This document shows, piece after piece, positions 1 through 11,225 of a DNA stretch of 64,000 nt (positions within the stretch are counted from its first letter, which is position 1; each line of letters begins with the position of its first letter). The position numbers and the translations under genes are program-made. Below the pieces are notes generated by a model. The model ran no database searches. It saw only the letters and a list, made by a program, of their open reading frames with translations, and was not told the origin of the DNA. The stretch comes from an uncultured Solirubrobacterales bacterium (GTDB taxonomy: Bacteria > Actinomycetota > Thermoleophilia > Solirubrobacterales > 70-9): NCBI GenBank assembly GCA_963758845.1, contig CAVWWX010000001.1, positions 45,067 to 109,066 on the forward strand. Direction: 5' to 3'.

Positions 1-978
<978 letters not shown>

Positions 979-986
979 CGGCCAGG

Positions 987-1017
987 GGGCCGATCCATCC
1001 GGGTCGGCCCTCTTTTT
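987..1017 (+). terminator. intrinsic terminator after tuf
   Basis: Stem GGGCCGA (987-993) pairs with TCGGCCC (1004-1010), followed by TCTTTTT. Confidence 0.7.
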
Positions 1018-1034
1018 CAGTGTTGGATACGACC

Positions 1035-1068
1035 CAGGGCGCAGCCCTCCCGAGAGGGCAGCGCCCTG
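1035..1068 (+). promoter_or_regulatory. S10-operon leader hairpin (possible autoregulatory or attenuator structure)
   Basis: cagggcgc-a-gccctc-ccga-gagggc-a-gcgccctg: 8+6 bp perfect stems with a symmetric A/A mismatch, 38 nt upstream of rpsJ ATG. Confidence 0.5.
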
Positions 1069-1105
1069 TCTGCGCCAAGAGAACGAGAGAGAAGAGAAAC
1101 GCGAA

Positions 1106-1426
1106 ATGGCCTCATTGGCCGCCACCAGAATCCGGATCCGCCTGAAGGCGTACGACCACGACGCGATCGATCGCGCGGCGCGGGAGATCGTCGAGACGGC
1201 CACGCGTACCGGCGCCACCGTGTCGGGCCCCGTTCCCCTGCCCACCGAGAAGAACGTCTACTGCGTGATCCGCTCTCCGTTCAAGGACAAGGACTCGCGC
1301 GAGCACTTCGAGATCCGCACCCACAAGCGCCTGATCGACATCCTTCAGCCGACGCCGAAGACGATCGACTCGCTCCAGCGCCTGGACGCCCTCCCCGCGG
1401 GCGTCGACATCGAGATCAAGACCTAG
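1106..1426 (+). CDS. rpsJ: 30S ribosomal protein S10
   Basis: [24 protein letters not shown]...[13 protein letters not shown]; first gene of the S10 operon order. Confidence 0.97.
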   Translation: MASLAATRIRIRLKAYDHDAIDRAAREIVETATRTGATVSGPVPLPTEKNVYCVIRSPFKDKDSREHFEIRTHKRLIDILQPTPKTIDSLQRLDALPAGVDIEIKT

Positions 1427-1431
1427 GTGGC

Positions 1432-2049
1432 ATGGCGGCGATCATCGGCAAGAAGGTCGGCATGACCCAGGTCTTCACCGACGACGGCACTCGCGTGCCC
1501 GTCACCGTGATCGAGGCCGGCCCCTGCACGGTCACCGCGCTGCGCGTGCCCGACCGCGACGGCTACGAGGCGATCCAGCTGTCGTTCGGCGAGGTCGCCG
1601 AGCGCAAGATCACCAAGGCCGAGCTGGGGCACCTGGCCAAGGCGGGCGCCCCGCCGTCGCGGACGCTGGTGGAGTTCCGCGACGAGGCCGGCGAGCACCA
1701 GGTGGGCGACCAGGTCACCGTGTCCGAGTTCGAGGCGGGCCAGCTCGTGAAGGTGGCCGGGACCGGCATCGGCAAGGGCTTCCAGGGCACGATCCGCCGC
1801 CACGGCTTCTCGCGCGGGCCGGTCTCGCACGGCTCGCACAACGTCCGTGCGCCCGGCTCCGTGGGCGCCAGCGCCGACCCGGCGCGGGTCTTCAAGGGCA
1901 TGAAGATGCCCGGCCGCATGGGCGGCAAGCGCGCCACGCAGCGCCGCCTGGAGGTGGTCGACGTGGACGCCGACAACAACCTTCTCCTGGTTCGCGGCGC
2001 GGTGCCCGGCCCGAAGGGCGGCACCGTGGAGGTGCGCACCGATGGCTGA
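1432..2049 (+). CDS. rplC: 50S ribosomal protein L3
   Basis: IIGKKVGMTQVFTDDG...FQGTIRRHGFSRGPVSHGSHNVRAPGS; operon position. Confidence 0.97.
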   Translation: MAAIIGKKVGMTQVFTDDGTRVPVTVIEAGPCTVTALRVPDRDGYEAIQLSFGEVAERKITKAELGHLAKAGAPPSRTLVEFRDEAGEHQVGDQVTVSEFEAGQLVKVAGTGIGKGFQGTIRRHGFSRGPVSHGSHNVRAPGSVGASADPARVFKGMKMPGRMGGKRATQRRLEVVDVDADNNLLLVRGAVPGPKGGTVEVRTDG

Positions 2050-2686
2050 CCCCAAGGCTCCCGTGCTGGGCAAGACCTCCAAGGCCGACCTGCCGGCCAC
2101 GCTGTTCACCGAGGACTTCCACGAGTCGCTGGTCCACGAAACCGCGCGCGCGGACCTCGCCGCCAGTCGCCGGGGCACCGCCTCGACGCTGGGTCGCGGC
2201 GAGATCGCGATGACGGGCGCGAAAGCATGGCGCCAGAAGGGCACCGGCCGTGCCCGCGTGGGCGCGCTCAGCGTGCCGCACCGGCGCGGCGGCGGCGTGG
2301 CCTTCGGCCCCAGCCCCCGCGGCTACGCGGTCAAGGTCAACCGCAAGGCGCGCCGCCGGGCGCTGCGCTCGGCACTGTCGGTCCACGCCGCCCGCGACAG
2401 CATCGCCGTGATCGACGCCGCGGGCTACTCGGAGCCCTCCACCAAGTCCGCGGCCGACGCGCTGACCAAGTGGGGCCCCAAGGGCCCGACCCTCGTGGTC
2501 GTCGGCGCCGAGGAGGCCAACGTGGTCAAGAGCTTTCGCAACATCCCGGGCGTGGGCGTCCTGCCCGCCACTTCGCTCGGTGTAGCCGACGTGCTGAGCG
2601 CGGGCTCGATCGTCGCCTCGCAGGAGGCCCTCGAGGTTCTCGAGTCGCGCGCCGGCGAGGTCACCCGCAAGGGCGGTGGGAGCTGA
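2042..2686 (+). CDS. rplD: 50S ribosomal protein L4
   Basis: GAKAWRQKGTGRARVGALSVPHRRGGGVAFGP motif; overlaps the rplC stop. Confidence 0.96.
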   Translation: MADPKAPVLGKTSKADLPATLFTEDFHESLVHETARADLAASRRGTASTLGRGEIAMTGAKAWRQKGTGRARVGALSVPHRRGGGVAFGPSPRGYAVKVNRKARRRALRSALSVHAARDSIAVIDAAGYSEPSTKSAADALTKWGPKGPTLVVVGAEEANVVKSFRNIPGVGVLPATSLGVADVLSAGSIVASQEALEVLESRAGEVTRKGGGS

Positions 2687-2982
2687 TGGACGCCCGCCAG
2701 GTGATCATCGAGCCGGTCGTCTCGGAGAAGAGCTACGCGCTGATGGCGGACGGCAAGTACACGTTCCGCATCGACGATCGCGCGCACAAGACGCAGGTCT
2801 CGCGCGCCGTCGAGGAGATCTTCGGTGTGACCGTGGTCGGCGTCCGCACCCTGCAGGTGCGATCCAAGCCGAAGCGCCGCGGCATGTACAGCGGGCGCAC
2901 CCGCAGCTGGAAGAAGGCGATCGTCCAGCTCGCCCCGGGCGACCGGATCGAGCTGTTCGAGGGCGCGGCGGTCGCGGACTGA
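2686..2982 (+). CDS. rplW: 50S ribosomal protein L23
   Basis: ATG 2686 overlaps the rplD TGA (ATGA-type coupling); [20 protein letters not shown]...; the track ORF 2227-2982 is an upstream read-through. Confidence 0.95.
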   Translation: MDARQVIIEPVVSEKSYALMADGKYTFRIDDRAHKTQVSRAVEEIFGVTVVGVRTLQVRSKPKRRGMYSGRTRSWKKAIVQLAPGDRIELFEGAAVAD

Positions 2983-2990
2983 GGTAGCTG

Positions 2991-3842
<852 letters not shown>

Positions 3843-3844
3843 CC

Positions 3845-4123
3845 ATGGGCAGGTCAACGAAGAAGGGTCCGTTCGTCGAGGAGCGCCTGATGAAGCGCGT
3901 CAACGCGATGAACGAGTCCGGCGACAAGCAGATGATCAAGACCTGGTCGCGGTCCTCGACCGTCTTCCCGGAGATGGTCGGGCACACCATCGCCGTCCAC
4001 GACGGCCGCAAGCACGTGCCCGTGTTCGTCTCCGAGTCGATGGTCGGGCACAAGCTCGGCGAGTTCGCCCCGACCCGCACGTTCCGGTCGCACTCCGGCA
4101 CCGGGAGCAAGGCGGAGGCCTGA
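3845..4123 (+). CDS. rpsS: 30S ribosomal protein S19
   Basis: ATG 3845; [19 protein letters not shown]...[11 protein letters not shown]. Confidence 0.96.
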   Translation: MGRSTKKGPFVEERLMKRVNAMNESGDKQMIKTWSRSSTVFPEMVGHTIAVHDGRKHVPVFVSESMVGHKLGEFAPTRTFRSHSGTGSKAEA

Positions 4124-4500
4124 TGGCAGCCGCAACCGAGACAGCGACCCCCCAGGCGCCCACCGTGCGCGCCAAGGCCCGCTTCGTGCGCGTGGCGCCG
4201 CGCAAGGCGCGCCTCGTCGCCGACCAGGTCCGGGGCATGGACGTGACCGAGGCCCAGACGCTCCTGGACTTCTCCTCGCGTGGCGCCGCCCGCGACATCT
4301 CCAAGCTGATCGCGTCGGCAGCGGCCAACGCCGAGAACAACCACGAGCTCGTCGCCGAGGACCTGCGGATCGCCGAGATCCGAGTGGACGAGGGCCCCAC
4401 CCTCAAGCGCTGGCGCGCCCGCGCCCGCGGCCGCGCGACCCGCATCGAGAAGAAGACCTGCCACATGAGCGTCGTCCTGACGCCACACGACGACGAGTAG
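4123..4500 (+). CDS. rplV: 50S ribosomal protein L22
   Basis: [22 protein letters not shown]...[19 protein letters not shown]; ATG overlaps the rpsS stop. Confidence 0.96.
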   Translation: MAAATETATPQAPTVRAKARFVRVAPRKARLVADQVRGMDVTEAQTLLDFSSRGAARDISKLIASAAANAENNHELVAEDLRIAEIRVDEGPTLKRWRARARGRATRIEKKTCHMSVVLTPHDDE

Positions 4501-4513
4501 TCGAGAGGAACTG

Positions 4514-5470
4514 ATGGGACAGAAGATCCACCCCGAGGGCTTCCGAGTCGGCTACATCCACGACTGGAAGTCGACCTGGTTCAACAAGCGTGAGTTCGCC
4601 GACTACCTGAACGAGGACCTGGAGATCCGCGAGCACATCGAGACCAAGCTCGCCCACGCCGGCCTCTCAGACATCAAGATCACGAAGCAGCGCGGCGAGA
4701 TCGAGGTCGACATCCACACGGCCCGGCCCGGCATCGTCATCGGCAAGTCCGGCTCCGAGGTCGACGCTCTGCGCCGTGACCTGCACCGGATCACGGGCAA
4801 GCCCGTGAAGGTGAACATCAAGGAGATCAAGCGCCCCGAGCTGGACGCGAAGCTGGTCGCGCAGTCGATCGCCGAGCAGCTCCAAAATCGCGTGGCCTTC
4901 CGCCGCGCGATGAAGCGCGCGCTGACCTCGGCGATGCGCTCCGGGGCCCAGGGCGTGAAGGTCCAGGTCTCCGGCCGCCTTGGCGGCGCCGAGATGGCGC
5001 GGACCGAGGGCTACTCCGACGGCCGCGTGCCGCTGCACACCCTTCGCGCGGACATCGACTACGGCTTCACCGAGGCCCGGACCACCACCGGCCGCATCGG
5101 CGTCAAGTGCTGGATCAACAACGGCGAGGTCATGCCCGAGGGCTTCCGCACCGGCCAGGACGAGGACGAGGACGCGATCGGCCCCCGTCCCGGGCGCAGG
5201 CGCCGCAGCGACGGCGATCGCCCCCGTGGCGGTGGCGGTGGCGGCGGTGGCGGCGGTTCCAGGCCTCCGCGCAAGCAGGACTCGAAGCCGAAGCCAAAGC
5301 CCGAGGCGAAGCCTGCCGCTCCCGCCGCGGCGGCGCCGACTCCCGCCGCCGAGACGCCCGCCCCTGCCGAGGCTCCGGACCCGGCCGAGGCGTCCGCTCC
5401 TGCCGAGGCCCCTGCCGCTCCCGCCGCCGAGCAGCCCGCCGCTCCCGCCGAAGGGGAGGCCTCGAGCTGA
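4514..5470 (+). CDS. rpsC: 30S ribosomal protein S3 with ~108-aa Gly/Pro/Ala/Glu-rich C-terminal tail
   Basis: [13 protein letters not shown]...KH domain...[11 protein letters not shown], then G10 run and a PAxAE-type tail from about nt 5144. Confidence 0.95.
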   Translation: MGQKIHPEGFRVGYIHDWKSTWFNKREFADYLNEDLEIREHIETKLAHAGLSDIKITKQRGEIEVDIHTARPGIVIGKSGSEVDALRRDLHRITGKPVKVNIKEIKRPELDAKLVAQSIAEQLQNRVAFRRAMKRALTSAMRSGAQGVKVQVSGRLGGAEMARTEGYSDGRVPLHTLRADIDYGFTEARTTTGRIGVKCWINNGEVMPEGFRTGQDEDEDAIGPRPGRRRRSDGDRPRGGGGGGGGGGSRPPRKQDSKPKPKPEAKPAAPAAAAPTPAAETPAPAEAPDPAEASAPAEAPAAPAAEQPAAPAEGEASS

Positions 5471-5889
5471 TGCTGATGCCGAAGCGGGTCAAGCACCGCA
5501 AGCAGATGCGCGGCAGGCGCCGCGGCAACACCAAGGGCGGAAGCCAGGTCGCCTTCGGCGAGTACGGCCTGAAGGCGCTCGAGCGCGGCTGGGTGACCAA
5601 CCGCCAGATCGAGGCTGCCCGCGTCGCGATGACCCGAAAGATCAAGCGCGGCGGGAAGGTCTGGATCAACATCTTCCCCGACAAGCCCTTCACGAAGAAG
5701 CCGGCCGAGACCCGCATGGGCTCGGGCAAGGGCAACCCCGAGGGGTGGGTCGCCGTCGTCAAGCCCGGGCGCGTGATGTTCGAGCTCGCCGGCGTCTCCG
5801 AGGAGCTGGCCAAGGAGGCCATGACGCTCGCGGGGCACAAGCTTCCCATCAAGACCAAGGTCGTAAGCCGCGAGGAGCTGGGCGGATGA
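5470..5889 (+). CDS. rplP: 50S ribosomal protein L16
   Basis: ATG 5470 overlaps the rpsC TGA; [19 protein letters not shown]... Confidence 0.96.
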   Translation: MLMPKRVKHRKQMRGRRRGNTKGGSQVAFGEYGLKALERGWVTNRQIEAARVAMTRKIKRGGKVWINIFPDKPFTKKPAETRMGSGKGNPEGWVAVVKPGRVMFELAGVSEELAKEAMTLAGHKLPIKTKVVSREELGG

Positions 5890-6095
5890 AGGCCTCCGAC
5901 GTGCACGCGCTGTCGGACCCGGACCTGGTGCAGGCGCTCAAGGATGCCCGCGAGGAGCAGTTCAACCTGCGCTTCCGCCACGCCACCGGCGAGCTGGAGA
6001 ACACCGCCGGCCTGGGCGCGTCCAGGCAGGACCTGGCACGGCTGATGACCATTGCCCGCGAGCGCGGGATCGACCTGGGCAAGGAGCTCAAGTAG
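5886..6095 (+). CDS. rpmC: 50S ribosomal protein L29
   Basis: ATG 5886 overlaps the rplP TGA; ...[18 protein letters not shown] motif; 69 aa. Confidence 0.93.
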   Translation: MKASDVHALSDPDLVQALKDAREEQFNLRFRHATGELENTAGLGASRQDLARLMTIARERGIDLGKELK

Positions 6096-6097
6096 AG

Positions 6098-6248
6098 ATG
6101 GCTGACGAAGAGAAGAACGAGAACGAAGAGACGACAGAGGAAGCGGCAGACGCGGGGTCAGACGCCGAAGCTGAGGCGACGCCTGAGCCTGCTGCCGAGG
6201 AGGGGTCTGACCCCTCACCCGCCGATGCCGCGGCCGAAGCAACGTGCT
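6098..6248 (+). CDS. 50-codon acidic ORF, probably the displaced 5' part of rpsQ (frame change near 6225-6248)
   Basis: ATG 2 nt after the rpmC stop; MADEEKNENEETTEE...GSDPSPADAAAEATC*; shares a 38-nt, 12-aa motif with the rpsE tail. Confidence 0.4.
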
Positions 6249-6767
6249 GAGCCCCGGCCGCCGACCTGCGCACCCCCAGCCGCCGATGCAGCGGTTGATG
6301 AGGACGAGCCCCCGGAAGTCCTCACCCGCAAGCAGCAGCGCAAGCTCGCTCGCTCCACGCATGCCGGCGAGGCCAAGCCGCAGCGCTCCGTCGAGGAGCG
6401 CGTAGCCGAGCGCGCCACGGAGCGCAAGCAGGCGGCGGGGAACCGGCGCCGCCATCGCCAGCGCACCCGCGATCGCAGCGGCGAGGCCGGACAGGGCACG
6501 CCGGCCGCCGAGCGCGAGCCCGGCCCGAAGAAGGTCCGCCAGGGCATGGTTGTCTCGGCCAAGGCCGACAAGACGATCACCGTCCGCATCGACGTCGCCC
6601 GGCGCCACCCTCAGTACGAGAAGGTCGTCCGCCGCAGCGCCACGCTGCACGCCCACGACGCCTCGAACCAGGCCCAGGAGGGCGACACCGTCCGCGTCGT
6701 CGAGACCCGCCCGCTGTCGCGCACCAAGCGCTGGCGGCTCGTCGAGGTCGTGGAGAAGGCCCGCTGA
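6225..6767 (+). CDS. rpsQ: 30S ribosomal protein S17 with long basic N-terminal extension (true start uncertain)
   Basis: Core S17 begins at KKVRQGMVVSAKADKTITVRIDV (about nt 6530); upstream ~100 aa is Arg/Glu-rich in the same frame. Confidence 0.85.
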   Translation: MPRPKQRAEPRPPTCAPPAADAAVDEDEPPEVLTRKQQRKLARSTHAGEAKPQRSVEERVAERATERKQAAGNRRRHRQRTRDRSGEAGQGTPAAEREPGPKKVRQGMVVSAKADKTITVRIDVARRHPQYEKVVRRSATLHAHDASNQAQEGDTVRVVETRPLSRTKRWRLVEVVEKAR

Positions 6768-6770
6768 TCC

Positions 6771-7139
6771 ATGGTCCAGCAGGAGACACGCCTTCGCGTC
6801 GCCGACAACTCGGGCGCCCGCGAGATCCTCTGCATCCGCGTCAAGGGCGGATCGCACCGTCGCTACGCCGGGGTCGGTGACGTGATCACCGCCACGGTCA
6901 AGCAGGCGACCCCGCACGGCGCGGTCCGCAAGGGCGAGGTCGTCGAGGCCGTCGTCGTGCGAACCCGCAAGCAGCTGGGCCGCCCGGACGGCACCTACAT
7001 CGCGTTCGACGAGAACGCGGCGGTCCTGATCGACCCGCAGGGGGCCCCCCGCGGCACCCGCATCTTCGGCCCCGTCGCGCGCGAGCTTCGCGACCGCAAC
7101 TTCATGCGCATCATCTCGCTGGCCCCGGAGGTCCTGTAG
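6771..7139 (+). CDS. rplN: 50S ribosomal protein L14
   Basis: [27 protein letters not shown]... Confidence 0.97.
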   Translation: MVQQETRLRVADNSGAREILCIRVKGGSHRRYAGVGDVITATVKQATPHGAVRKGEVVEAVVVRTRKQLGRPDGTYIAFDENAAVLIDPQGAPRGTRIFGPVARELRDRNFMRIISLAPEVL

Positions 7140-7198
7140 CGGTGACCCCTCCCACGACAGCAGCCCCCCCTCCTTCGCCGCGGAAGGGGGCACCGCTG

Positions 7199-7537
7199 AT
7201 GGCTTCGATGCGAATCCGCCGCGACGATCAGGTGCTGATCACGGCCGGCAAGGACAAGGGCAAGACCGGGAAGGTCATCCGCACCGAGCCCGGGCGCCAT
7301 CGCGTCTTCGTCGAGGGCCTCAACATCGTCAAGCGCGCTCAGCGCCCGCGGTCGGTCAAGGACACCCAGCGCGGCGGCGAGGCCGGCGGCATCATCGAGA
7401 AGGAGGGTCCCGTGGACGTCTCCAACGTGATGCTGATCGACCCCTCCGACAACAAGCCGACCCGTATCGGCGTCCGCGTGAACGACTCGGGCAAGCGTGA
7501 GCGGGTCTCGAAGCGAACCGGCAAGGCGCTCGACTAG
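7199..7537 (+). CDS. rplX: 50S ribosomal protein L24
   Basis: ATG 7199 preceded by GGAAGGGGG; [26 protein letters not shown] (KOW motif). The track start 7142 is an upstream GTG. Confidence 0.92.
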   Translation: MASMRIRRDDQVLITAGKDKGKTGKVIRTEPGRHRVFVEGLNIVKRAQRPRSVKDTQRGGEAGGIIEKEGPVDVSNVMLIDPSDNKPTRIGVRVNDSGKRERVSKRTGKALD

Positions 7538-7543
7538 GAGCCG

Positions 7544-8362
7544 ATGATGGAATCCGCAACGATCCCCGAGTCCCAGCAGGCGGCGCCACCGCCGCGGCTG
7601 CGCGATCGCTACCGCGACGAAGTCGTCCCGGCGATGACCAAGCGCTTCGGCTACGGCAACCCGATGGAGGTCCCGCGCCTGGTGAAGATCGGCCTCAACA
7701 TGGGCGTCGGCGAGGCGAAGACCTCGACGCCGGTGCTCGAGGCCGCCACCGAGCAGCTCGGGACGATCTCGGGCCAGCGCCCCAACGTGCGCCGGGCCAA
7801 GAAGTCGATCGCCTCGTTCAAGATCCGCGAGGGGATGCCGGTCGGGGTCGCCGTGACCCTGCGCGGCGCCCGCATGTGGGAGTTCCTGGACCGCCTGATC
7901 ACGATTTCGATCCCCCGGATCCGCGACTTCCGCGGTCTCAACCCGCGCTCGTTCGACGGCCGTGGCAACTACACGATCGGCGTCCGCGAGCAGCTGATCT
8001 TCCCCGAGATCGACTACGACTCGATCGACGAGGTGCGCGGGCTCGACGTCACGATCGCGACCACCGCCAAGACCGACGACGAGGCGTTCGAGCTACTTCT
8101 CGGCCTGGGCATGCCATTCTCACAAGAGGGCAGGCCCGGTACCGAGGACGCCGAGGCCGCGGCCGAAGAGGAACGCCGCCACGAGGAGGCCAGGCAGCGC
8201 GCCGAGGCCGAGGCGGCCGCCCTCGAGCAGCTCAAGGCCGAGAACCCCGAGGCCTACGCCAAGCCGGAGAAGCCCGAGGAGGGCGAGGAAGGCGAGGAAG
8301 GCGAGGGCGAGAGCCCGGCCGGGGAAGCCTCGGATTCAGACTCAAGCGAAGAGAGCGAGTAG
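7544..8362 (+). CDS. rplE: 50S ribosomal protein L5 with ~80-aa acidic C-terminal tail
   Basis: [15 protein letters not shown]...[18 protein letters not shown]; tail [15 protein letters not shown]...[10 protein letters not shown]...[10 protein letters not shown] from about nt 8120. Confidence 0.95.
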   Translation: MMESATIPESQQAAPPPRLRDRYRDEVVPAMTKRFGYGNPMEVPRLVKIGLNMGVGEAKTSTPVLEAATEQLGTISGQRPNVRRAKKSIASFKIREGMPVGVAVTLRGARMWEFLDRLITISIPRIRDFRGLNPRSFDGRGNYTIGVREQLIFPEIDYDSIDEVRGLDVTIATTAKTDDEAFELLLGLGMPFSQEGRPGTEDAEAAAEEERRHEEARQRAEAEAAALEQLKAENPEAYAKPEKPEEGEEGEEGEGESPAGEASDSDSSEESE

Positions 8363-8370
8363 CAAGCCGA

Positions 8371-8556
8371 ATGGCGAAGACATCGAAGATCGTCAAGCAG
8401 GGCCGCAAGCCCAAGTACAAGACCCGCGCCCACAACCGCTGCCGGCGGTGTGGCCGCCCGCGCGCCTACTACCGCAAGTTCGGGCTCTGCCGCCTGTGCC
8501 TGCGCGACGCCGCGCACAACGGCTACATCCCCGGCCTGACCAAGTCGAGCTGGTAG
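8371..8556 (+). CDS. rpsN: 30S ribosomal protein S14, short zinc-binding (type Z) form
   Basis: 61 aa [45 protein letters not shown]; two CxxC pairs. Confidence 0.95.
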   Translation: MAKTSKIVKQGRKPKYKTRAHNRCRRCGRPRAYYRKFGLCRLCLRDAAHNGYIPGLTKSSW

Positions 8557-8560
8557 CACC

Positions 8561-8962
8561 ATGAGCGTCGTCACAGACCCCGTCTCGGATTACCTCACCC
8601 GCGTGCGCAACGGGCTCGCCGCCCAGCACGAGTCGGTCGAGATCCCGGCGTCCCGCTTGAAGCGGGAGGTCTCGAGGATCCTGGCCGAGCAGGGCTACAT
8701 CACCGGCTTCACGGTCGAGCCCACCGCGGTCGGCGAGGTCATCAAGGTCGACCTGAAGTACACGCGCGAGCGGCGCCCCGTGATCTCCGGCCTGCGCCGG
8801 GTGTCGCGACCGGGCCGCCGGCGGTACGTGTCCAGCGACCAGATCCCGCGCGTCCAGGGCGGCATGGGGACGGCCATCGTCTCCACGTCGACCGGCGTCA
8901 TGACCGGGCACGAGGCAAAGCACAAGGGCGTCGGCGGCGAGGTCGTCGCCTACGTCTGGTGA
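8561..8962 (+). CDS. rpsH: 30S ribosomal protein S8
   Basis: VTDPVSDYLTRVRNGLAAQHESVEIPASRLK... Confidence 0.96.
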   Translation: MSVVTDPVSDYLTRVRNGLAAQHESVEIPASRLKREVSRILAEQGYITGFTVEPTAVGEVIKVDLKYTRERRPVISGLRRVSRPGRRRYVSSDQIPRVQGGMGTAIVSTSTGVMTGHEAKHKGVGGEVVAYVW

Positions 8963-8983
8963 GCACGTAACGAGGGTCTTTCA

Positions 8984-9517
8984 GTGAGTCGAATCGGAAG
9001 AAAGCCAGTCACGATCCCCGAGGGCGTCAGCGTCGACGTCGGGCCGGGCCGTGTCTCGGTGAACGGGCCCAAGGGCGAGCTCAGCCAGGAGCTGAGCCCC
9101 GACATGAGCGTGGCCGTCGACGACGGAGTGCTCACCGTCAGCCGTCCCACCGACCGGGCACCGCACCGCGCCCTCCACGGGCTGACGCGCAGCCTGATCG
9201 CGAACATGGTCGAGGGCGTCACCGACGGATACACGCGCGAGCTGGAGATCCAGGGCGTCGGCTACAGGGCGCGCCTCCAGGGCAAGTCGCTCGAGCTGAG
9301 CGTCGGCTACTCGCACCCGGTCTCGCTCCCGGCGCCCGACGGCATCGAGTTCGAGGTCCCGCAGCCCACACAGATCATCATCAAGGGGATCGACAAGCAG
9401 CTGGTGGGCGAGACCACGGCACGGATCCGCCGCGTGCGCCCGCCCGAGCCCTACAAGGGCAAGGGCATCCGCTACCGCGGCGAGCACGTGCGCCGGAAGG
9501 TCGGTAAGCGCGCATGA
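8984..9517 (+). CDS. rplF: 50S ribosomal protein L6
   Basis: GTG start; [18 protein letters not shown]...GVGYRA... Confidence 0.96.
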   Translation: MSRIGRKPVTIPEGVSVDVGPGRVSVNGPKGELSQELSPDMSVAVDDGVLTVSRPTDRAPHRALHGLTRSLIANMVEGVTDGYTRELEIQGVGYRARLQGKSLELSVGYSHPVSLPAPDGIEFEVPQPTQIIIKGIDKQLVGETTARIRRVRPPEPYKGKGIRYRGEHVRRKVGKRA

Positions 9518-9867
9518 GCGTCAAGACGAAGCAGCAGGTACGGCTGCGCCGGCGCCGCCGGGTGCGCGCCCGCGTGCGCGGCAGCGAGTCACGCCCGCGC
9601 CTGTCGGTGTTCCGCTCGAACCGGGGCGTGTTCGCCCAGCTCATCGATGACGACCGCGGGCACACGATCGCCTCGGTCTCGTGGATCGAGCCGGATCTCA
9701 AGAAGCTCAACCCCGGCGAGCAGGCGAAGAAGGCTGGCGAGCTCCTCGCCTCGAGGGCCAAGGAGGCCGGCGTCGAGACGTGTGTCTTCGATCGTGGCGG
9801 CTACCGCTACCACGGTCGTGTCCAGGCCCTCGCCGAAGGCGCCCGTGAGGGCGGGCTGCGGTTTTAG
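9514..9867 (+). CDS. rplR: 50S ribosomal protein L18
   Basis: [28 protein letters not shown]...[24 protein letters not shown]. Confidence 0.96.
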   Translation: MSVKTKQQVRLRRRRRVRARVRGSESRPRLSVFRSNRGVFAQLIDDDRGHTIASVSWIEPDLKKLNPGEQAKKAGELLASRAKEAGVETCVFDRGGYRYHGRVQALAEGAREGGLRF

Positions 9868-9888
9868 ACCCGCTACCTTCATCGACCC

Positions 9889-10548
9889 ATGCAGAGCAAC
9901 GTAGAGATCCAGACAGTCAGCCCCCAGGGGCTCGACCTCCAGGAGCGCGTGATCGAGATCAATCGCGTCGCCAAGGTGGTCAAGGGCGGCCGTCGCTTCT
10001 CGTTCACCGCGCTCGTCGCCGTCGGCGACGAGGAGTCGGTCGTGGGCATCGGCTACGGCAAGGCCCGCGAGGTCCCGCTGGCGATCCAGAAGGCGGTCGA
10101 GAACGCCCGCAAGAGCCTGGTGAAGGTGCCCAAGTACGGCCAGACGATCCCCCACCGCAACATCGGCCGCTTCGGCGCCGGCCACGTGGTGCTGCGCCCG
10201 GCCAGCCCCGGTACCGGCGTGATCGCCGGCGGCGGCGTCCGCGCGGTGCTCGAGCTCGCCGGGATCCGCGACGTGCTCTCCAAGAGCATCGGCAGCCAGA
10301 ACCCGATCAACCTCGTCAAGGCCACCATGAACGGCCTCACCACGCTTCGCCGCCCCGAGCAGGTCGCCAAGCTGCGCGGCCTCACGGTCAACCAGGTGCT
10401 GGGCATCCAGAAGGAGCCCAAGGCCAAGGAGACAGTGAACGGCGACGCCGAGCAGGCACCGGTGACCCCCGAGGCGGTCGCCGCCGAGCCGGCACCCGCG
10501 GGGTCTGACCCCCCATCCGCCGATGCCGCGGCCGAGGAGAAGGCTTAG
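9889..10548 (+). CDS. rpsE: 30S ribosomal protein S5 with ~45-aa acidic C-terminal tail
   Basis: [27 protein letters not shown]...; tail ...[20 protein letters not shown]. Confidence 0.96.
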   Translation: MQSNVEIQTVSPQGLDLQERVIEINRVAKVVKGGRRFSFTALVAVGDEESVVGIGYGKAREVPLAIQKAVENARKSLVKVPKYGQTIPHRNIGRFGAGHVVLRPASPGTGVIAGGGVRAVLELAGIRDVLSKSIGSQNPINLVKATMNGLTTLRRPEQVAKLRGLTVNQVLGIQKEPKAKETVNGDAEQAPVTPEAVAAEPAPAGSDPPSADAAAEEKA

Positions 10549-10727
10549 TGCCCGACGTGAAGCTCAAGCAAGTCAGGTCCTCGAACGGCTCCAACGCCAC
10601 GCAGCGCGCGACCCTGCGCTCGCTCAAGCTCGGGAAGATCGGGCGCACCTCGACGATGGCGGACTCACCCCAGCTTCAGGGCATGGTCGATTCGGTCTCG
10701 CACCTCGTCGAAGTGGAGAAGGGCTGA
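10548..10727 (+). CDS. rpmD: 50S ribosomal protein L30 (59 aa, below the ORF-track length cutoff)
   Basis: GTG 10548 overlaps the rpsE TAG; hand translation [59 protein letters not shown]. Confidence 0.9.
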   Translation: MPDVKLKQVRSSNGSNATQRATLRSLKLGKIGRTSTMADSPQLQGMVDSVSHLVEVEKG

Positions 10728-11221
10728 TGGCCCGCCTCGACCCCGAGGACGTCGGCCTTCACAGCGTGCGCCCCAAGCCGGGCTCGCGGCGTCCGCGCAA
10801 GCGGATCGGCCGCGGCGAGGGCTCGGGCCAGGGCAAGACCTCCGGCCGCGGACACAAGGGCTACGGCTCGCGCTCGGGCTCGAAGCGCAAGCCCGGCTAT
10901 GAGGGCGGCCAGAACCCGATCCACATGCGGATGCGCAAGCTTCGCGGGCCGAACAAGAAGACCTCGATGCCCTTCGAGCGCTTCCGGACCCACACGCAGC
11001 CGGTGAACCTCGCCGACCTGGACGAGCGCTTCAAGTCCGGCGACGAGGTCACGCCCCAGACGCTGAAGGCCGCGGGGCTCGCCAAGCGCAGCCACCCGGT
11101 CAAGGTGCTCGGCCGCGGCGAGATCTCGAAGAAGCTCACGGTTCGCGTCCACGGCGCCAGCGCCACCGCGCGCGAGAAGATCGAGGCGGCCGGCGGGACC
11201 ATCGAGCTGATCGAGGACTAA
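10727..11221 (+). CDS. rplO: 50S ribosomal protein L15
   Basis: ATG 10727 overlaps the rpmD TGA; ...RIGRGEGSGQGKTSGRGHKG... Confidence 0.95.
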   Translation: MARLDPEDVGLHSVRPKPGSRRPRKRIGRGEGSGQGKTSGRGHKGYGSRSGSKRKPGYEGGQNPIHMRMRKLRGPNKKTSMPFERFRTHTQPVNLADLDERFKSGDEVTPQTLKAAGLAKRSHPVKVLGRGEISKKLTVRVHGASATAREKIEAAGGTIELIED

Positions 11222-11225
11222 CACC

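Noticed and set aside
5130-7193. 687-aa minus-strand ORF across rplP-rplN
   Set aside because: It is antisense to five conserved ribosomal-protein genes. The Arg/Pro/Ala/Gly-rich composition is typical of off-frame translation in high-GC DNA, and no motif is recognisable.
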